Assembly (NCBI GenBank): GCA_963830075.1
Contig: CAWHLD010000020.1
Location: 1-64,000, forward strand
Reading direction: 5' to 3'
Length of the DNA: 64,000 bases
Source of the DNA: an uncultured Rubrobacteraceae bacterium
Lineage (GTDB): Bacteria; Actinomycetota; Rubrobacteria; Rubrobacterales; Rubrobacteraceae
Shown one piece after another: positions 17,625 to 26,820 of this stretch. The position numbers and the translations under genes are program-made. How positions within the stretch are numbered: the first letter of the stretch is position 1; every line of letters starts with the position of its first letter. The notes under the pieces were generated by a model that was not told where the DNA came from, made no database searches, and worked only from the letters and a program-made list of their open reading frames with translations.

Positions 17625-17740
17625 GGAAAGTCGGGCGGCCGCAATGGAGCTGGGGCGCTTTTCGTGGGAGCGGAGATGGAGGAGGCGTATGCCGGGTTCG
17701 AAGCGCCACGCGGGCGTCCGAAAGCCTTCGCGAGTCTCTA
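17625..17740 (+). pseudogene. About 115-nt remnant of the 3' end of a second CcrM-like methyltransferase copy
   Basis: GGAGCTGGGGCGCTTTTCGTGGGAGCGGAGATGGAGGAGGCGTATGCC is about 80% identical to 15297-15345 (ELGRFFVGAEMEEEYAE). The frame is broken by a 1-nt indel. Confidence 0.5.
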
Positions 17741-18694
17741 GCGCCATCCGAGCGTTGCCAGCCCTAGCTTCTCGGCCTCTTCGCCGGTCATCTCCCAACC
17801 CAGGGCGCCCGCGTTCTGCCGCGCCTGGCGCCCGTTCTTGGCGCCGGGGATGGGGAGGGTGCCGCGCTGCGTGATCAACCAGTTCAGGGCCACCTGGGCG
17901 GGCTCCTTGTCGTGGGCCTGGCCTATCTCGCGTAGGATGTCTACCACCGGCTCGATCTTCTTGAGGTTTTTCTCGCTGAAGGCTCTACCCGCACGACGCA
18001 CGAGGCCCGAGGGCCTGTCTCGGCCAGGGCCGTACTTGCCTGTGAGAAGACCCTGGGCGATGGGGCTGTAGGCGATAAGCGTCACGCCGAGCTCCCGGCT
18101 CGCCTCGAGCACCCCGTTCGTCTCCGGTGCCCTCTGAAAGAGGCTGTACTCGACCTGGTTCGAGGCTAGCGGCACCCCATGGGAGGCGAGCCGTTCGTGC
18201 GCCCGTCGCATCTGGTCCGCGCTGTAGTTGCTGACGCCGACCCGGAGGACCTTGCCCTCTTTGACGGTTTCCGCGAGGGCGTCCATCAGGCTGTTTATCT
18301 TGAGGATCGGGTTTGGGAAGTGGATCTGGTAGAGGTCTATGGTCTCTATCCCGAGTCGCTCCAGGCTCTTGTCTACAGCGTTCGGGAGGGATCTCGCGCT
18401 AAAGCGGTAAGGTAGGGGCGCGAACTTGGTGGCTATCGCCGGCGTCGCTTCGAAGCCGCCCTCGCGCAGGATCTCGCCGATGATCCGCTCCGAGGCACCG
18501 CCGCCGTAGATCTCCGCCGTGTCAACAAGGGTGACGCCCTCAGTCATGCTCGCCCGGAAGGCCTCCCCCACGTCGCCACGGTCGTAATCCTTGCCGTACC
18601 CCCAGAGCCTGGCCGAACCCCATGCCCAGGCTCCGACACCGAGAGGAGCGACGTTCAACTCGTCCGCGAGACCAACCGTAAGCTCGCTCTGCAA
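17738..18694 (-). CDS. Aldo/keto reductase (second copy)
   Basis: GVGAWAWGS...DTAEIYGGGASERIIG...IDLYQIHFPNP...VSNYSADQ; TTG start after GAGGGGAG. Confidence 0.8.
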   Translation of the reverse strand: MQSELTVGLADELNVAPLGVGAWAWGSARLWGYGKDYDRGDVGEAFRASMTEGVTLVDTAEIYGGGASERIIGEILREGGFEATPAIATKFAPLPYRFSARSLPNAVDKSLERLGIETIDLYQIHFPNPILKINSLMDALAETVKEGKVLRVGVSNYSADQMRRAHERLASHGVPLASNQVEYSLFQRAPETNGVLEASRELGVTLIAYSPIAQGLLTGKYGPGRDRPSGLVRRAGRAFSEKNLKKIEPVVDILREIGQAHDKEPAQVALNWLITQRGTLPIPGAKNGRQARQNAGALGWEMTGEEAEKLGLATLGWR

Positions 18695-19034
18695 AACTTC
18701 TCCCCTCGTACCTCTACCCCGATTTGTAGTCGGGCGAGGCGTATCGGCATGCTCATGAGTGGAATGGTGTCGTTCGCACCAGACCACCGCTTCCACCTAA
18801 GACTATCGCAAGATCCCGAATCGATAGCGGTTCTAGCGAGACAAGGTCAGGGCTCCAGGCAGCCAGAGACCTTCCTCTTGTTTCTGTTCACCGGAGCTTG
18901 CAGAAGGCGTCGCTCCAAGATCCTGGCGCAACATCCTATCTGAAATCTTGTGTCAGAATGAGCTAGAGCGACCGGGCCCCCCGATTGCGGACCGCGATAT
19001 CTACGGGCGTGCACGGTTTCTTCGCGCGTAGCGA

Positions 19035-19502
19035 CTACTGGGTGGTGTCGGAGCTCGTTTCGTCTTCGGGTGCTGGGACGTGTTCCCCTACGCTTTGTTC
19101 GCTTGAACCTGCGATCTGTTCTTCGAGCCGCCGCAGCCGCTCTTCCAGGAGGACGAAATGCTCAGCGACCTCTTTCCTGAAGTCTTCGTCCGACATCGAG
19201 GTGCCTGACGAGAAGAGTTTGCTCGCGAAGCTTCCCCCCGCGAATCCCGAGGCGGCCCCAGCCAGCCCTGGAGCGGCCGCTGCTAGTCCCGAGGCGGTGC
19301 CTGCGAGCCCAGATACACCTCCCGAGCGGTCCGCCAGACGGTTAGCGTAGCCCTCGATCGTGCCGAGGTCCAGGGTGTTCCGTTTTGGCTTGTGGTCTCC
19401 TCCGCCGCGCTTCGCGCCGCCCCGCGTGCGTTGTTGCACACGTCCCCTGACGCGCCCCTCTGCGCGGCCCTGGGACCCGCTGCGTCTCTTGTTTCTCCCC
19501 AC
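19035..19502 (-). CDS. Hypothetical protein, basic N-terminus, Gly/Ala-rich middle, acidic coiled-coil C-terminus
   Basis: 155-aa ORF, divergent from the next gene. Confidence 0.35.
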   Translation of the reverse strand: MGRNKRRSGSQGRAEGRVRGRVQQRTRGGAKRGGGDHKPKRNTLDLGTIEGYANRLADRSGGVSGLAGTASGLAAAAPGLAGAASGFAGGSFASKLFSSGTSMSDEDFRKEVAEHFVLLEERLRRLEEQIAGSSEQSVGEHVPAPEDETSSDTTQ

Positions 19503-19685
19503 GCCTAACTCCTCCTTCTCGTGTTACAGCCTAACTTTAGGCTGTAGGATACCCTGTGTGACTTTGCCAGGGAGGTTTCTCCGCGAGAGCGTGTACCTTA
19601 CAGTATGGTGGGGTATACACGCTGCGCAAGGCGCGCTATCGGCAAGTATGCCGGACACGAGGGATAACACGAGGAGGAGAGGACA

Positions 19686-20174
19686 ATGACGGAGACAGGG
19701 AACGGCGGAGCTTTCCCAGAGCTATTCGGGGTCGTAAAGGATTATGCGCAGGGGGACCACGCGCATCAGATTCAGGCGCTCAGGGTCATCGCCGCAGCCT
19801 ATTTGCCCATGTACGAGGCGCCTTCCATGCCTGACGCAAGGGAGGTCATAGACGGCATACTGCTCAGCAACGGTTTCCTTCTCACGAGCCTCGAGACCGG
19901 GGGGATCGAACCCTCCAGCGTGGACGCCGTGGTGAGCGTGGCCACCTCCCGTCTCGATGAAGACGACCTGGAGTGGGGCGCGGGCTGCCTGATGGGCATG
20001 ATGGATGCCCTGAGGCAGAGGGCCCAGGAGGAAGGCTACGAGACCTTCGTGCTCGACGCCGAGGAGGTCCTCGACGGCCTCGAGACCATCCTGGCCGCAG
20101 ATATTGTCGAGGAAGTTGTCGAAGAAGCTCTCGAAGAGGCCCTCGACGAAGCCCTCGAAGACGAGAACCTCTAA
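19686..20174 (+). CDS. Hypothetical acidic protein
   Basis: 162-aa ORF ending in a highly acidic tail (EEVVEEALEEALDEALEDENL). Confidence 0.4.
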   Translation: MTETGNGGAFPELFGVVKDYAQGDHAHQIQALRVIAAAYLPMYEAPSMPDAREVIDGILLSNGFLLTSLETGGIEPSSVDAVVSVATSRLDEDDLEWGAGCLMGMMDALRQRAQEEGYETFVLDAEEVLDGLETILAADIVEEVVEEALEEALDEALEDENL

Positions 20175-20213
20175 AGACCGGGAGCGCGCACCGGCACCTA
20201 TCGTTTATATTAG

Positions 20214-21575
20214 GTGCCGGTGCTCGAGCTACCCGAAAACGCGCTTGTCGTCTTCCTCTCGGATTCCCACATCGGAGGCGACCCGGGCTGCGACGGGTTC
20301 GAGTCGCCAGCTGAATTGGAATGGCTTTTCGAGGGGCTCGCCGCGCGTGAGGGGCCGGTAGAGTTGATCCTGGCCGGGGACTTCTTCGACTTTCTCCTGA
20401 TAGGCGAGGTGCCCGAGGGGAAGAATCGGGCCTCTCTCACGGTGTCGCGCCCTGAGTACGAGAGCATGTTCGCGGCCCTAAGGCGTTTCCGGGAAACCGA
20501 GGGTAAGCGGGTCGTCTATCTGCCTGGCAACCACGACGCGGAGGTGTGGTGGAACCCTGGGATCCAGGAGACCTTGCGTACCCTGGGGCTCGTGGACGAC
20601 TTCGCCTACTACTACCTGGCCTCGATAGCTGTTGGAGGTGAGCAGCGTGTGATCTACTGCGAGCACGGGAACCAGTTGGACCCCGTTAACACCGTCGAGG
20701 ACTACCACGACGGTTTGGATACACCTCTCGGCCACCACGTCGTCATGGACTTCACGCGTCGTGTCGCGCCCTACGGGGAGATCTCACCCGGCCTCGACCT
20801 CGCCGAGATAAAGATGGTCTACCCGCTCGTGGCGATACCGTTCTGGGTCGCGAGCCGTTACTTCTATAATTTCGTCGGGAAGGTGATCAAATACCTCCTG
20901 ATCCCCCTGCTGGTGACCTACCTAATCTACAGGCTGGCCATCTTCGTCATCGCGTTTCGGCAAGGCTTCGGGTTGACGCTGTTCGGGGGTTACAGCGAGT
21001 TGCCCCAGGTACACCATCTATTCATCGAGATGAGTTTCTACAGCGTGGTTATCCTGGTCCTGTTCGCGATCTTCTTCGTCGTCATCAGGCACGCAGTGCG
21101 CAGAACCCTCAAGACGCTGGGCCCGAATCAGAGGTCGCACTATTCCCCGGCCGAGGCCTCCGTGAACAAGGTCAAAGCGATACTAACGAATGAGCAGAGA
21201 CCGCCCATGGACCAGTCCCTGGACCCCAAGACGGTTGACGTCTTCGTCTCGGGCCACACGCATCTGCCATCGTTCTCTGAGCTCCAGCGGCCGAACGGCC
21301 GGCGCTGCGCGCTGGTCAACTCAGGGTGCTATCTGCGCCAACTACAACCCGTCACACCGCGCCTGAAGGGCCCTCCTGTCTTTGTTTCGAAGTTCGTCCT
21401 GACCCACGTGCGGGTTTTCGTACAGGATGACGCGCTGCGCGTGGAGCTGTGGGAGCAGCCCAAGCCGGCACACCAGCGCCTGACCAGGCTCGAGCGGCTC
21501 CTCTCCTGGGGCAGGCGCCCGCCCCAGCCTCCTCCCGGCGCGAAACCCCGCATACTGGAGTCGACGAACCTGTGA
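20214..21575 (+). CDS. Calcineurin-like metallophosphoesterase with a 3-4 TM insertion
   Basis: VVFLSDSHIG, LILAGDFFD, YLPGNHDAEVWW, CEHGNQLD ... TM block ... VFVSGHTHLPS. Confidence 0.7.
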   Translation: MPVLELPENALVVFLSDSHIGGDPGCDGFESPAELEWLFEGLAAREGPVELILAGDFFDFLLIGEVPEGKNRASLTVSRPEYESMFAALRRFRETEGKRVVYLPGNHDAEVWWNPGIQETLRTLGLVDDFAYYYLASIAVGGEQRVIYCEHGNQLDPVNTVEDYHDGLDTPLGHHVVMDFTRRVAPYGEISPGLDLAEIKMVYPLVAIPFWVASRYFYNFVGKVIKYLLIPLLVTYLIYRLAIFVIAFRQGFGLTLFGGYSELPQVHHLFIEMSFYSVVILVLFAIFFVVIRHAVRRTLKTLGPNQRSHYSPAEASVNKVKAILTNEQRPPMDQSLDPKTVDVFVSGHTHLPSFSELQRPNGRRCALVNSGCYLRQLQPVTPRLKGPPVFVSKFVLTHVRVFVQDDALRVELWEQPKPAHQRLTRLERLLSWGRRPPQPPPGAKPRILESTNL

Positions 21576-23155
21576 GAAGAACCCTGACACCCCGTGGCCC
21601 GTTAATCGCCATCTTGCTCTGCATGTGTCCGGTTCTTTTCTCCTGCTCTTCAGAGGAACCCACGGATCAGGCCGGCCAACGTCGCTCCGGTGCAGAGCAA
21701 AGAGAGCAAGGCGGAGATTCTAAGGCTGGGGGTACCCGGGAACCTTCGACGAGCGCTGAACAATCTGGATCGCCAGCTGCCCTGGTTCCTATCGCCCACC
21801 TTGGCTCGACCCTGGAGAACGTTAGCCAGGAAGACCTCTCGGAGGCGCGGGACCTGGCCGTAGCGCGAGATTCACGCGCGGAAGCCTGGAATCTCCTCGG
21901 GCGTTCGGAGTTCGAGGACTTCGATTCCGTGGAGGCCGTGGTCGACCATGTAAGCACGACACCGGACGCATTGGGGCTCGTACCGTGGGACGAGGTGGGT
22001 CCCAGGGTCAAAGCTCTGTCCGTAGACGGCGAGTCGCTGCTCGACCCCGACGATGGTGCCGACGGTTATCCTCTCAGACCAGAAGGTGCGACGGTCCCCG
22101 ACCCCGAGGAGCTGCGACGCATGGTCGTGGGCGGTGACATCGTGCTCGACCGCGGGCAGTACTACACGGTCATCAGGCGGGGTATGGGGATAGACTTCCC
22201 GCTCGACGGGGGGTACGCTGCCATCACGAGCCGGGTGCCCGAACCGAGCGCCTACTCGGAAACGGGGACCATCCACCAGTTCACCGCCGAGCGCACAGGG
22301 GGAGCCGGCGAGGTCAGGGAGTACCTGTCGGGCGCAGACCTCACGATCGCAAACTTCGAGAACCCCGTTATAAGAAACTCCGTGTACCACCCCGATGCGA
22401 CGACCTTCACGGGGGACCTGAGGTTGATGCCCATACTGGACCAGGCTGGCATGGACGGCGTAACCCTGGGCAACAACCATATCCTCGATGCGGGGACCAC
22501 CGGGCTTGAGGAGACGATGGGACACCTGGATAGGGCAGGCATAGCCTACGCGGGGGCGGGCATGGATCTGGCAGAGGCCCGCGAACCCATGGTCTTTGAC
22601 CTCGGTGGGACGAAGGTTGGCGTCCTCTCCTACCTGGGCGTGCCGTCCTATGACTGGGCCTGGGCCACAGAGACGGCCCCGGGTACAGCGCCGCTCATCC
22701 AGAACGTAATGGAGGAAGACATAGAGCGCTTGCGGAAGCAGGTAGACCTCGTCGTCGTCTCGCCGCATTGGGGCGTTGAGTACATGGCGACCCCCGAGCC
22801 CGAACAGGTCGACCTGGCGCACGCCGCCATAGATGCGGGGGCCGACGTATTCATCGGCGGCCACGCCCACTGGCCCAAGGGAATCGAGATGTACGAGGGG
22901 AAGCCGATCTACTACGGCGTTGGCAACTTCCTCCTCGACCAGTCCTGGTCCGAAGAGACCTCGACCGGGATCTTCGCCGAGACCACGTTGTACGGCGACC
23001 GCGTAGTGCAGACCCGCCCCGTCCCCTTCATCATGCTCGACCGCGCCCAGCCCAACTTCCTCACGGCGAAGGGTGGCGGGAACAGGGCTTTGCGCAAGGT
23101 CTACGCTGCCTCACTAGGCCCGGAATTCGAGGCTTACGGGGGGCGAGCCCGCTGA
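21572..23155 (+). CDS. CapA/PGA_cap-family metallophosphatase-fold lipoprotein, with a roughly 230-aa low-complexity N-terminal extension
   Basis: Lipobox LFSC after a signal peptide. PGA_cap blocks: ADLTIANFENPV, VTLGNNHILDAG, VVVSPHWGVEY, FIGGHAHWPKGIEMYEGKPIYYGVGNF. GTG start overlaps the upstream stop. Confidence 0.7.
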   Translation: MRRTLTPRGPLIAILLCMCPVLFSCSSEEPTDQAGQRRSGAEQREQGGDSKAGGTREPSTSAEQSGSPAALVPIAHLGSTLENVSQEDLSEARDLAVARDSRAEAWNLLGRSEFEDFDSVEAVVDHVSTTPDALGLVPWDEVGPRVKALSVDGESLLDPDDGADGYPLRPEGATVPDPEELRRMVVGGDIVLDRGQYYTVIRRGMGIDFPLDGGYAAITSRVPEPSAYSETGTIHQFTAERTGGAGEVREYLSGADLTIANFENPVIRNSVYHPDATTFTGDLRLMPILDQAGMDGVTLGNNHILDAGTTGLEETMGHLDRAGIAYAGAGMDLAEAREPMVFDLGGTKVGVLSYLGVPSYDWAWATETAPGTAPLIQNVMEEDIERLRKQVDLVVVSPHWGVEYMATPEPEQVDLAHAAIDAGADVFIGGHAHWPKGIEMYEGKPIYYGVGNFLLDQSWSEETSTGIFAETTLYGDRVVQTRPVPFIMLDRAQPNFLTAKGGGNRALRKVYAASLGPEFEAYGGRAR

Positions 23156-23189
23156 CTATAATGTTCGGGGGCGAAGGAGGGCGGTTGGG

Positions 23190-24005
23190 GTGAGTCCAGA
23201 GCAGGACGTGGACGGCAGAGGTCGTCTGACCATTTGCCAGATCTCGGATATTCATTGTGGCAACGTGCGCTTCATACCGGACTTGCTGGACAGGACCATC
23301 GTCGAGATAAACCGGATGAACCCGACCGTGGTCGTGGTCTCCGGGGACCTCACCAACGCCGGATACAGGGAGGAGTTCGAGCAGGCCGCCGAGTACATCG
23401 ACCGTATCGAGTGCGAGCATATCATGGTCATACCCGGCAACCACGACGCTAGGAACGTAGGCTACCTCCACTTCGAGCGTCTCTTCGGCGAGCGCCGGTC
23501 GGTCCTCGATCTCGACCAGGTTATCCTCGTCGGGGTCGATTCTTCGGAGCCCGATCTCAACGACGGGCAGGTGGGTCGGGAGCACTACGAGTTCATCTCG
23601 GATACTTTCTCTGAGGCCGGAAACAAGCTGAAGATCTTCGTCGTTCATCACCACCTCATTCCACTTCCGGGGACGGGACGCGAACGAAATATCGTCTTCG
23701 ATGCGGGGGACGTCCTGCAAAGGCTCGTCGATGTGGGGGTCAACCTGGTCCTCTCCGGTCACAAGCACGTGCCCTACTCCTGGAAACTGGAGGACATGCT
23801 GATCGTGAACGCCGGGACCGCCTCGACCCTGCGCCTCAGGGGAGACACCCGCCCCTGTTACAACATCTTCGAGGTCGAGGACGGGCGGGTAGACGTTTTT
23901 CGCAAGTACCCGTTCAAGCGACGGGAGCTCGCGGTTAGCTTCGAGCCGAGCACGCAACGGTACCTGCGCCCTGAGGACACCGCTCCCGGCCAGACCTGGT
24001 CCTGA
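23190..24005 (+). CDS. Calcineurin-like metallophosphoesterase (cytoplasmic)
   Basis: ICQISDIHCG, VVVSGDLTNAG, VIPGNHDARN, VVHHHLIPLPG, LVLSGHKHVP. Confidence 0.75.
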   Translation: MSPEQDVDGRGRLTICQISDIHCGNVRFIPDLLDRTIVEINRMNPTVVVVSGDLTNAGYREEFEQAAEYIDRIECEHIMVIPGNHDARNVGYLHFERLFGERRSVLDLDQVILVGVDSSEPDLNDGQVGREHYEFISDTFSEAGNKLKIFVVHHHLIPLPGTGRERNIVFDAGDVLQRLVDVGVNLVLSGHKHVPYSWKLEDMLIVNAGTASTLRLRGDTRPCYNIFEVEDGRVDVFRKYPFKRRELAVSFEPSTQRYLRPEDTAPGQTWS

Positions 24006-24026
24006 AGGTGGGGCCCGTTGCCCGCA

Positions 24027-24056
24027 CGTAAGGGCGGTTCGCGAACCGCCCTTACG
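24027..24056. terminator. Perfect 15+15 palindrome CGTAAGGGCGGTTCG|CGAACCGCCCTTACG between convergent genes
   Basis: Self-complementary; a related palindrome sits at 55027-55056. Confidence 0.55.
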
Positions 24057-24065
24057 CGAATCGCC

Positions 24066-24881
24066 CTACGAGACCGCCTCGTCCCGCGGTTCTATGTAGA
24101 TCTCGTCTCCGACGGACAGTAGAAGGGCTCTGGCCGCGTTTCCCCTGTTTACCGCGAGGCTCAGGCGCCAGTGAGAATCGATGACCAGCACGAGGTCTCC
24201 GTTTTCCGATGACCCGAAGGTCTGCACGTACCTCGCGTCCATAACGTCGTCCCGAACCCTGATCTCCACAGAGGTGCCGTGGCGCAGGTCGATGTCATGT
24301 TGCGTGGCGGAGAGCCTGGCATTGCCAAAGCGGTCGATGTCGATTATCTCGGCCGCCAGGCCACCACCTTCAACTCGCCACGCTCCTGGGAAGTCGATCG
24401 TGGCCATGGACGCCGGGGTCACGCTTTCTCCCAGATCGGTGGGGTCGGTGCCGGCGGCAAGGTAGGCTGCCACTGGTGAGAAGATGTCCCGACCGTGGAA
24501 GCTATTCGAGACGGGATGGACGTGGTATTGCGGGTTCGTAAGCTTCACCGCCTGCACGATACCACCAAGGGCCTCGGCCGCGGGCAGGAGTAGCCCGTTA
24601 TCCGGTCCAACCAGGTAGGCCCCGCTGTGTGTTTCGGCGGTGAGGGCCCGCCTCGCGAGGTTGTCCTCGGGATCTATGACCGCAAGGTACACGGCATCTT
24701 CGGGCATATACCTGGTGGCGTGCCCAAGCGTCTCTGCTCCCCTGACCACGTCGAACTCGGGGATGCCGTGCGTCACGTCGATGATGGACACTCCCTGGGC
24801 GATGCCCATCATAACGCCCTTACAGATCCCCACGAGCTCCCCGGAGAGTCCGTAGTCGGAGATGAAGCAGATCGGTCTCAT
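24066..24881 (-). CDS. DUF62-family SAM hydroxide adenosyltransferase (SAM hydrolase / fluorinase-chlorinase superfamily)
   Basis: N-terminus ICFISDYGLSGELVGICKGVM...IIDVTHGIP typical of DUF62. Confidence 0.65.
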   Translation of the reverse strand: MRPICFISDYGLSGELVGICKGVMMGIAQGVSIIDVTHGIPEFDVVRGAETLGHATRYMPEDAVYLAVIDPEDNLARRALTAETHSGAYLVGPDNGLLLPAAEALGGIVQAVKLTNPQYHVHPVSNSFHGRDIFSPVAAYLAAGTDPTDLGESVTPASMATIDFPGAWRVEGGGLAAEIIDIDRFGNARLSATQHDIDLRHGTSVEIRVRDDVMDARYVQTFGSSENGDLVLVIDSHWRLSLAVNRGNAARALLLSVGDEIYIEPRDEAVS

Positions 24882-25037
24882 AGAGACAGTATAGACCGTC
24901 CCCGGAACGTCCCGGGTGCGCATGGGGTGTTATGGGCACGGATGGCATTGGCAGCCGCTAGAGACACAAGGTTAGATAGCGCGAGAACTCTAGCGATCTT
25001 CGACGAGGGAACGCATTTGTTCGGCGCCCCGTTTGTC

Positions 25038-25058
25038 GAATTCATCGGCGATTCATCA
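25038..25058 (+). promoter_or_regulatory. Second copy of the tandem 11-nt direct repeat (GAATTCATCGG-CGATTCATCAA)
   Basis: Matches 6882-6902 at 17/21 positions; sits about 80 nt upstream of the SGNH hydrolase gene. Confidence 0.35.
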
Positions 25059-25139
25059 AGGGCTGCTAAGACGTGGATCCGGACGTGGGACTCTGGTTTG
25101 TGATGCCCGTCCCTGGTGGCCCATTACAGGAGGAAGTAC

Positions 25140-26741
25140 ATGGCTAAAAAGCTGCCCGAGAGTATGTTGGATCCCAAGACGCCCGACGATGTCGTGGTCA
25201 CGGACAACCCACGCAGGCCGGTCGAGGATCCAACGCTCGGCATCCAGGTGGACCGTGACGCCGAAGGCAGGCCGCGCAACCGGCTCGTAACCATAGGCGA
25301 CTCCCTGACGCACGGGTTCCAGAGCGGCGCCATCTACAACACCGACATTTCGTGGCCCATGATCGTCGCCCGCGAGCTGGGCTGGCAGAGATACTTCCGG
25401 TATCCCAACTACTTCGGTCACGGGGGCCTACCGCTAAACGTGGAGTTCTTGATCCGTGGCCTCGAAGAGCGATTGGGGGACGAGACTAGCTGGTGGGAGA
25501 GCCCGCTCGCGCTGTTTAGGGCGCGCCAGTTTATGGACGATGTCGAAGACTACTGGGAGAGAGGGGCCGGCTCCACGGTCCCCAACATAAAGGGCATCAA
25601 CCACAACCTCGCCGTCTACGGATGGGACCTCAGGGACGCCCTGGTGACCACGGCCGAGACGCTGGAGGCGAAGGTACTCCAGTCAACGGACCACTTCTTC
25701 AAGCAGATCGTCGAGAATGCTAACGAGCGGGCGGCCCTGCGCGTCTTGAAGTCCGCGAAAGACGAAGACCAGGCCCTTACCGCCTTCGGGGCTGCGGTAC
25801 GCCTTGGCGAGGAGGGCACGCGGGAGGATCCAGGCCGGGGGGATGGTATAGAGACCCTCATCGTCCTTCTCGGGGCGAACAACGCACTGCCCAGCATGCT
25901 CAGCCTCAACGTGGTCTGGAGCCAGGACGGCTACGACGATCCGGAGCTAAAGGAACAGTTCACCGTGTGGAACCCGGTCCATTTCGAGGCCGAGCTCGAC
26001 CTCGTGGTCGAGGAGATCAAAAAGGTCAAGGCGCGGCACGTGATCCTCGGCACGGTTCCCCACGTAACCATCGCCCCTATAGCCCGTGGTGTAGGCTCGA
26101 AGATCCGGAGGGGCTCTCGCTACTACCCCTTCTATACCAGGCCCTGGATCGACACCGAGCACTTCGATGTCGGGAGCGATCCATACGTCACCGAGCAGGA
26201 GGCTCGCGCGATAGACAGCGCGATAGACCAGTACAACGACGCCATCACGGGGGCAGTCGAGGCGGCCCGCAACGACGGCCTCGACTGGTACCTGTTCGAG
26301 GTTGCCGGGCTGCTCGATCGGCTCGCCGCCCGCCGTTACATCGATGACCCTCAGGCGAGGCCGGAGTGGTGGCGCAAGTACGAGCTTCCACCCGAACTGA
26401 AAGCGCTCACCCCAGAGCCTGATTCCCGGTTCTTCGCCGCAGGACCGGAGGGACGCACCCAGGGCGGGCTCTTCTCCCTTGACGGGGTGCATCCCACCAC
26501 CATCGGGTACGGGATACTAGCCCAGGAGCTGATCGACGTGATGCAGCAACACGCCGGCGTAGAATTCTACCGCGGCGACGGCGTCACGAAACGGACCGGT
26601 CCAGTAAGGGTGGACTTTGGGCGTCTGATCTCACGCGACACCCTCATCTCGGACCCGCCGCGCTCCCTCTCCTCGGACCTGGCGCTCATAGCCTGGGTCG
26701 ACGAGGTGCTCGACGGAATAATGGGCCGTCTGCTCCTGTAA
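25140..26741 (+). CDS. Large (about 530 aa) SGNH/GDSL-family hydrolase with an inserted domain
   Basis: Block I GDSLTHGF, block III LLGANNAL, block V SLDGVHPT; RBS AGGAGG before ATG. Confidence 0.6.
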   Translation: MAKKLPESMLDPKTPDDVVVTDNPRRPVEDPTLGIQVDRDAEGRPRNRLVTIGDSLTHGFQSGAIYNTDISWPMIVARELGWQRYFRYPNYFGHGGLPLNVEFLIRGLEERLGDETSWWESPLALFRARQFMDDVEDYWERGAGSTVPNIKGINHNLAVYGWDLRDALVTTAETLEAKVLQSTDHFFKQIVENANERAALRVLKSAKDEDQALTAFGAAVRLGEEGTREDPGRGDGIETLIVLLGANNALPSMLSLNVVWSQDGYDDPELKEQFTVWNPVHFEAELDLVVEEIKKVKARHVILGTVPHVTIAPIARGVGSKIRRGSRYYPFYTRPWIDTEHFDVGSDPYVTEQEARAIDSAIDQYNDAITGAVEAARNDGLDWYLFEVAGLLDRLAARRYIDDPQARPEWWRKYELPPELKALTPEPDSRFFAAGPEGRTQGGLFSLDGVHPTTIGYGILAQELIDVMQQHAGVEFYRGDGVTKRTGPVRVDFGRLISRDTLISDPPRSLSSDLALIAWVDEVLDGIMGRLLL

Positions 26742-26820
26742 AGGTGGGGAACCACAAGAGCATCGCGCGAATATCTGCAGTTGGCAACCGGGCAAGTACG
26801 TGGAAGAGGAGGTTGATCTT

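Noticed and set aside
21449-21571. Upstream ATG as the CapA-like start
   Set aside because: It overlaps the previous gene by 127 nt. GTG at 21572 gives a canonical signal peptide plus lipobox (LFSC) and overlaps only the stop codon.
19035-24005. Known antiphage defence system (Lamassu/Gabija/Septu-like) from clustered phosphoesterases
   Set aside because: No ATPase, SMC, nuclease or helicase partner genes are present. The domain set does not match any defined defence-system architecture.
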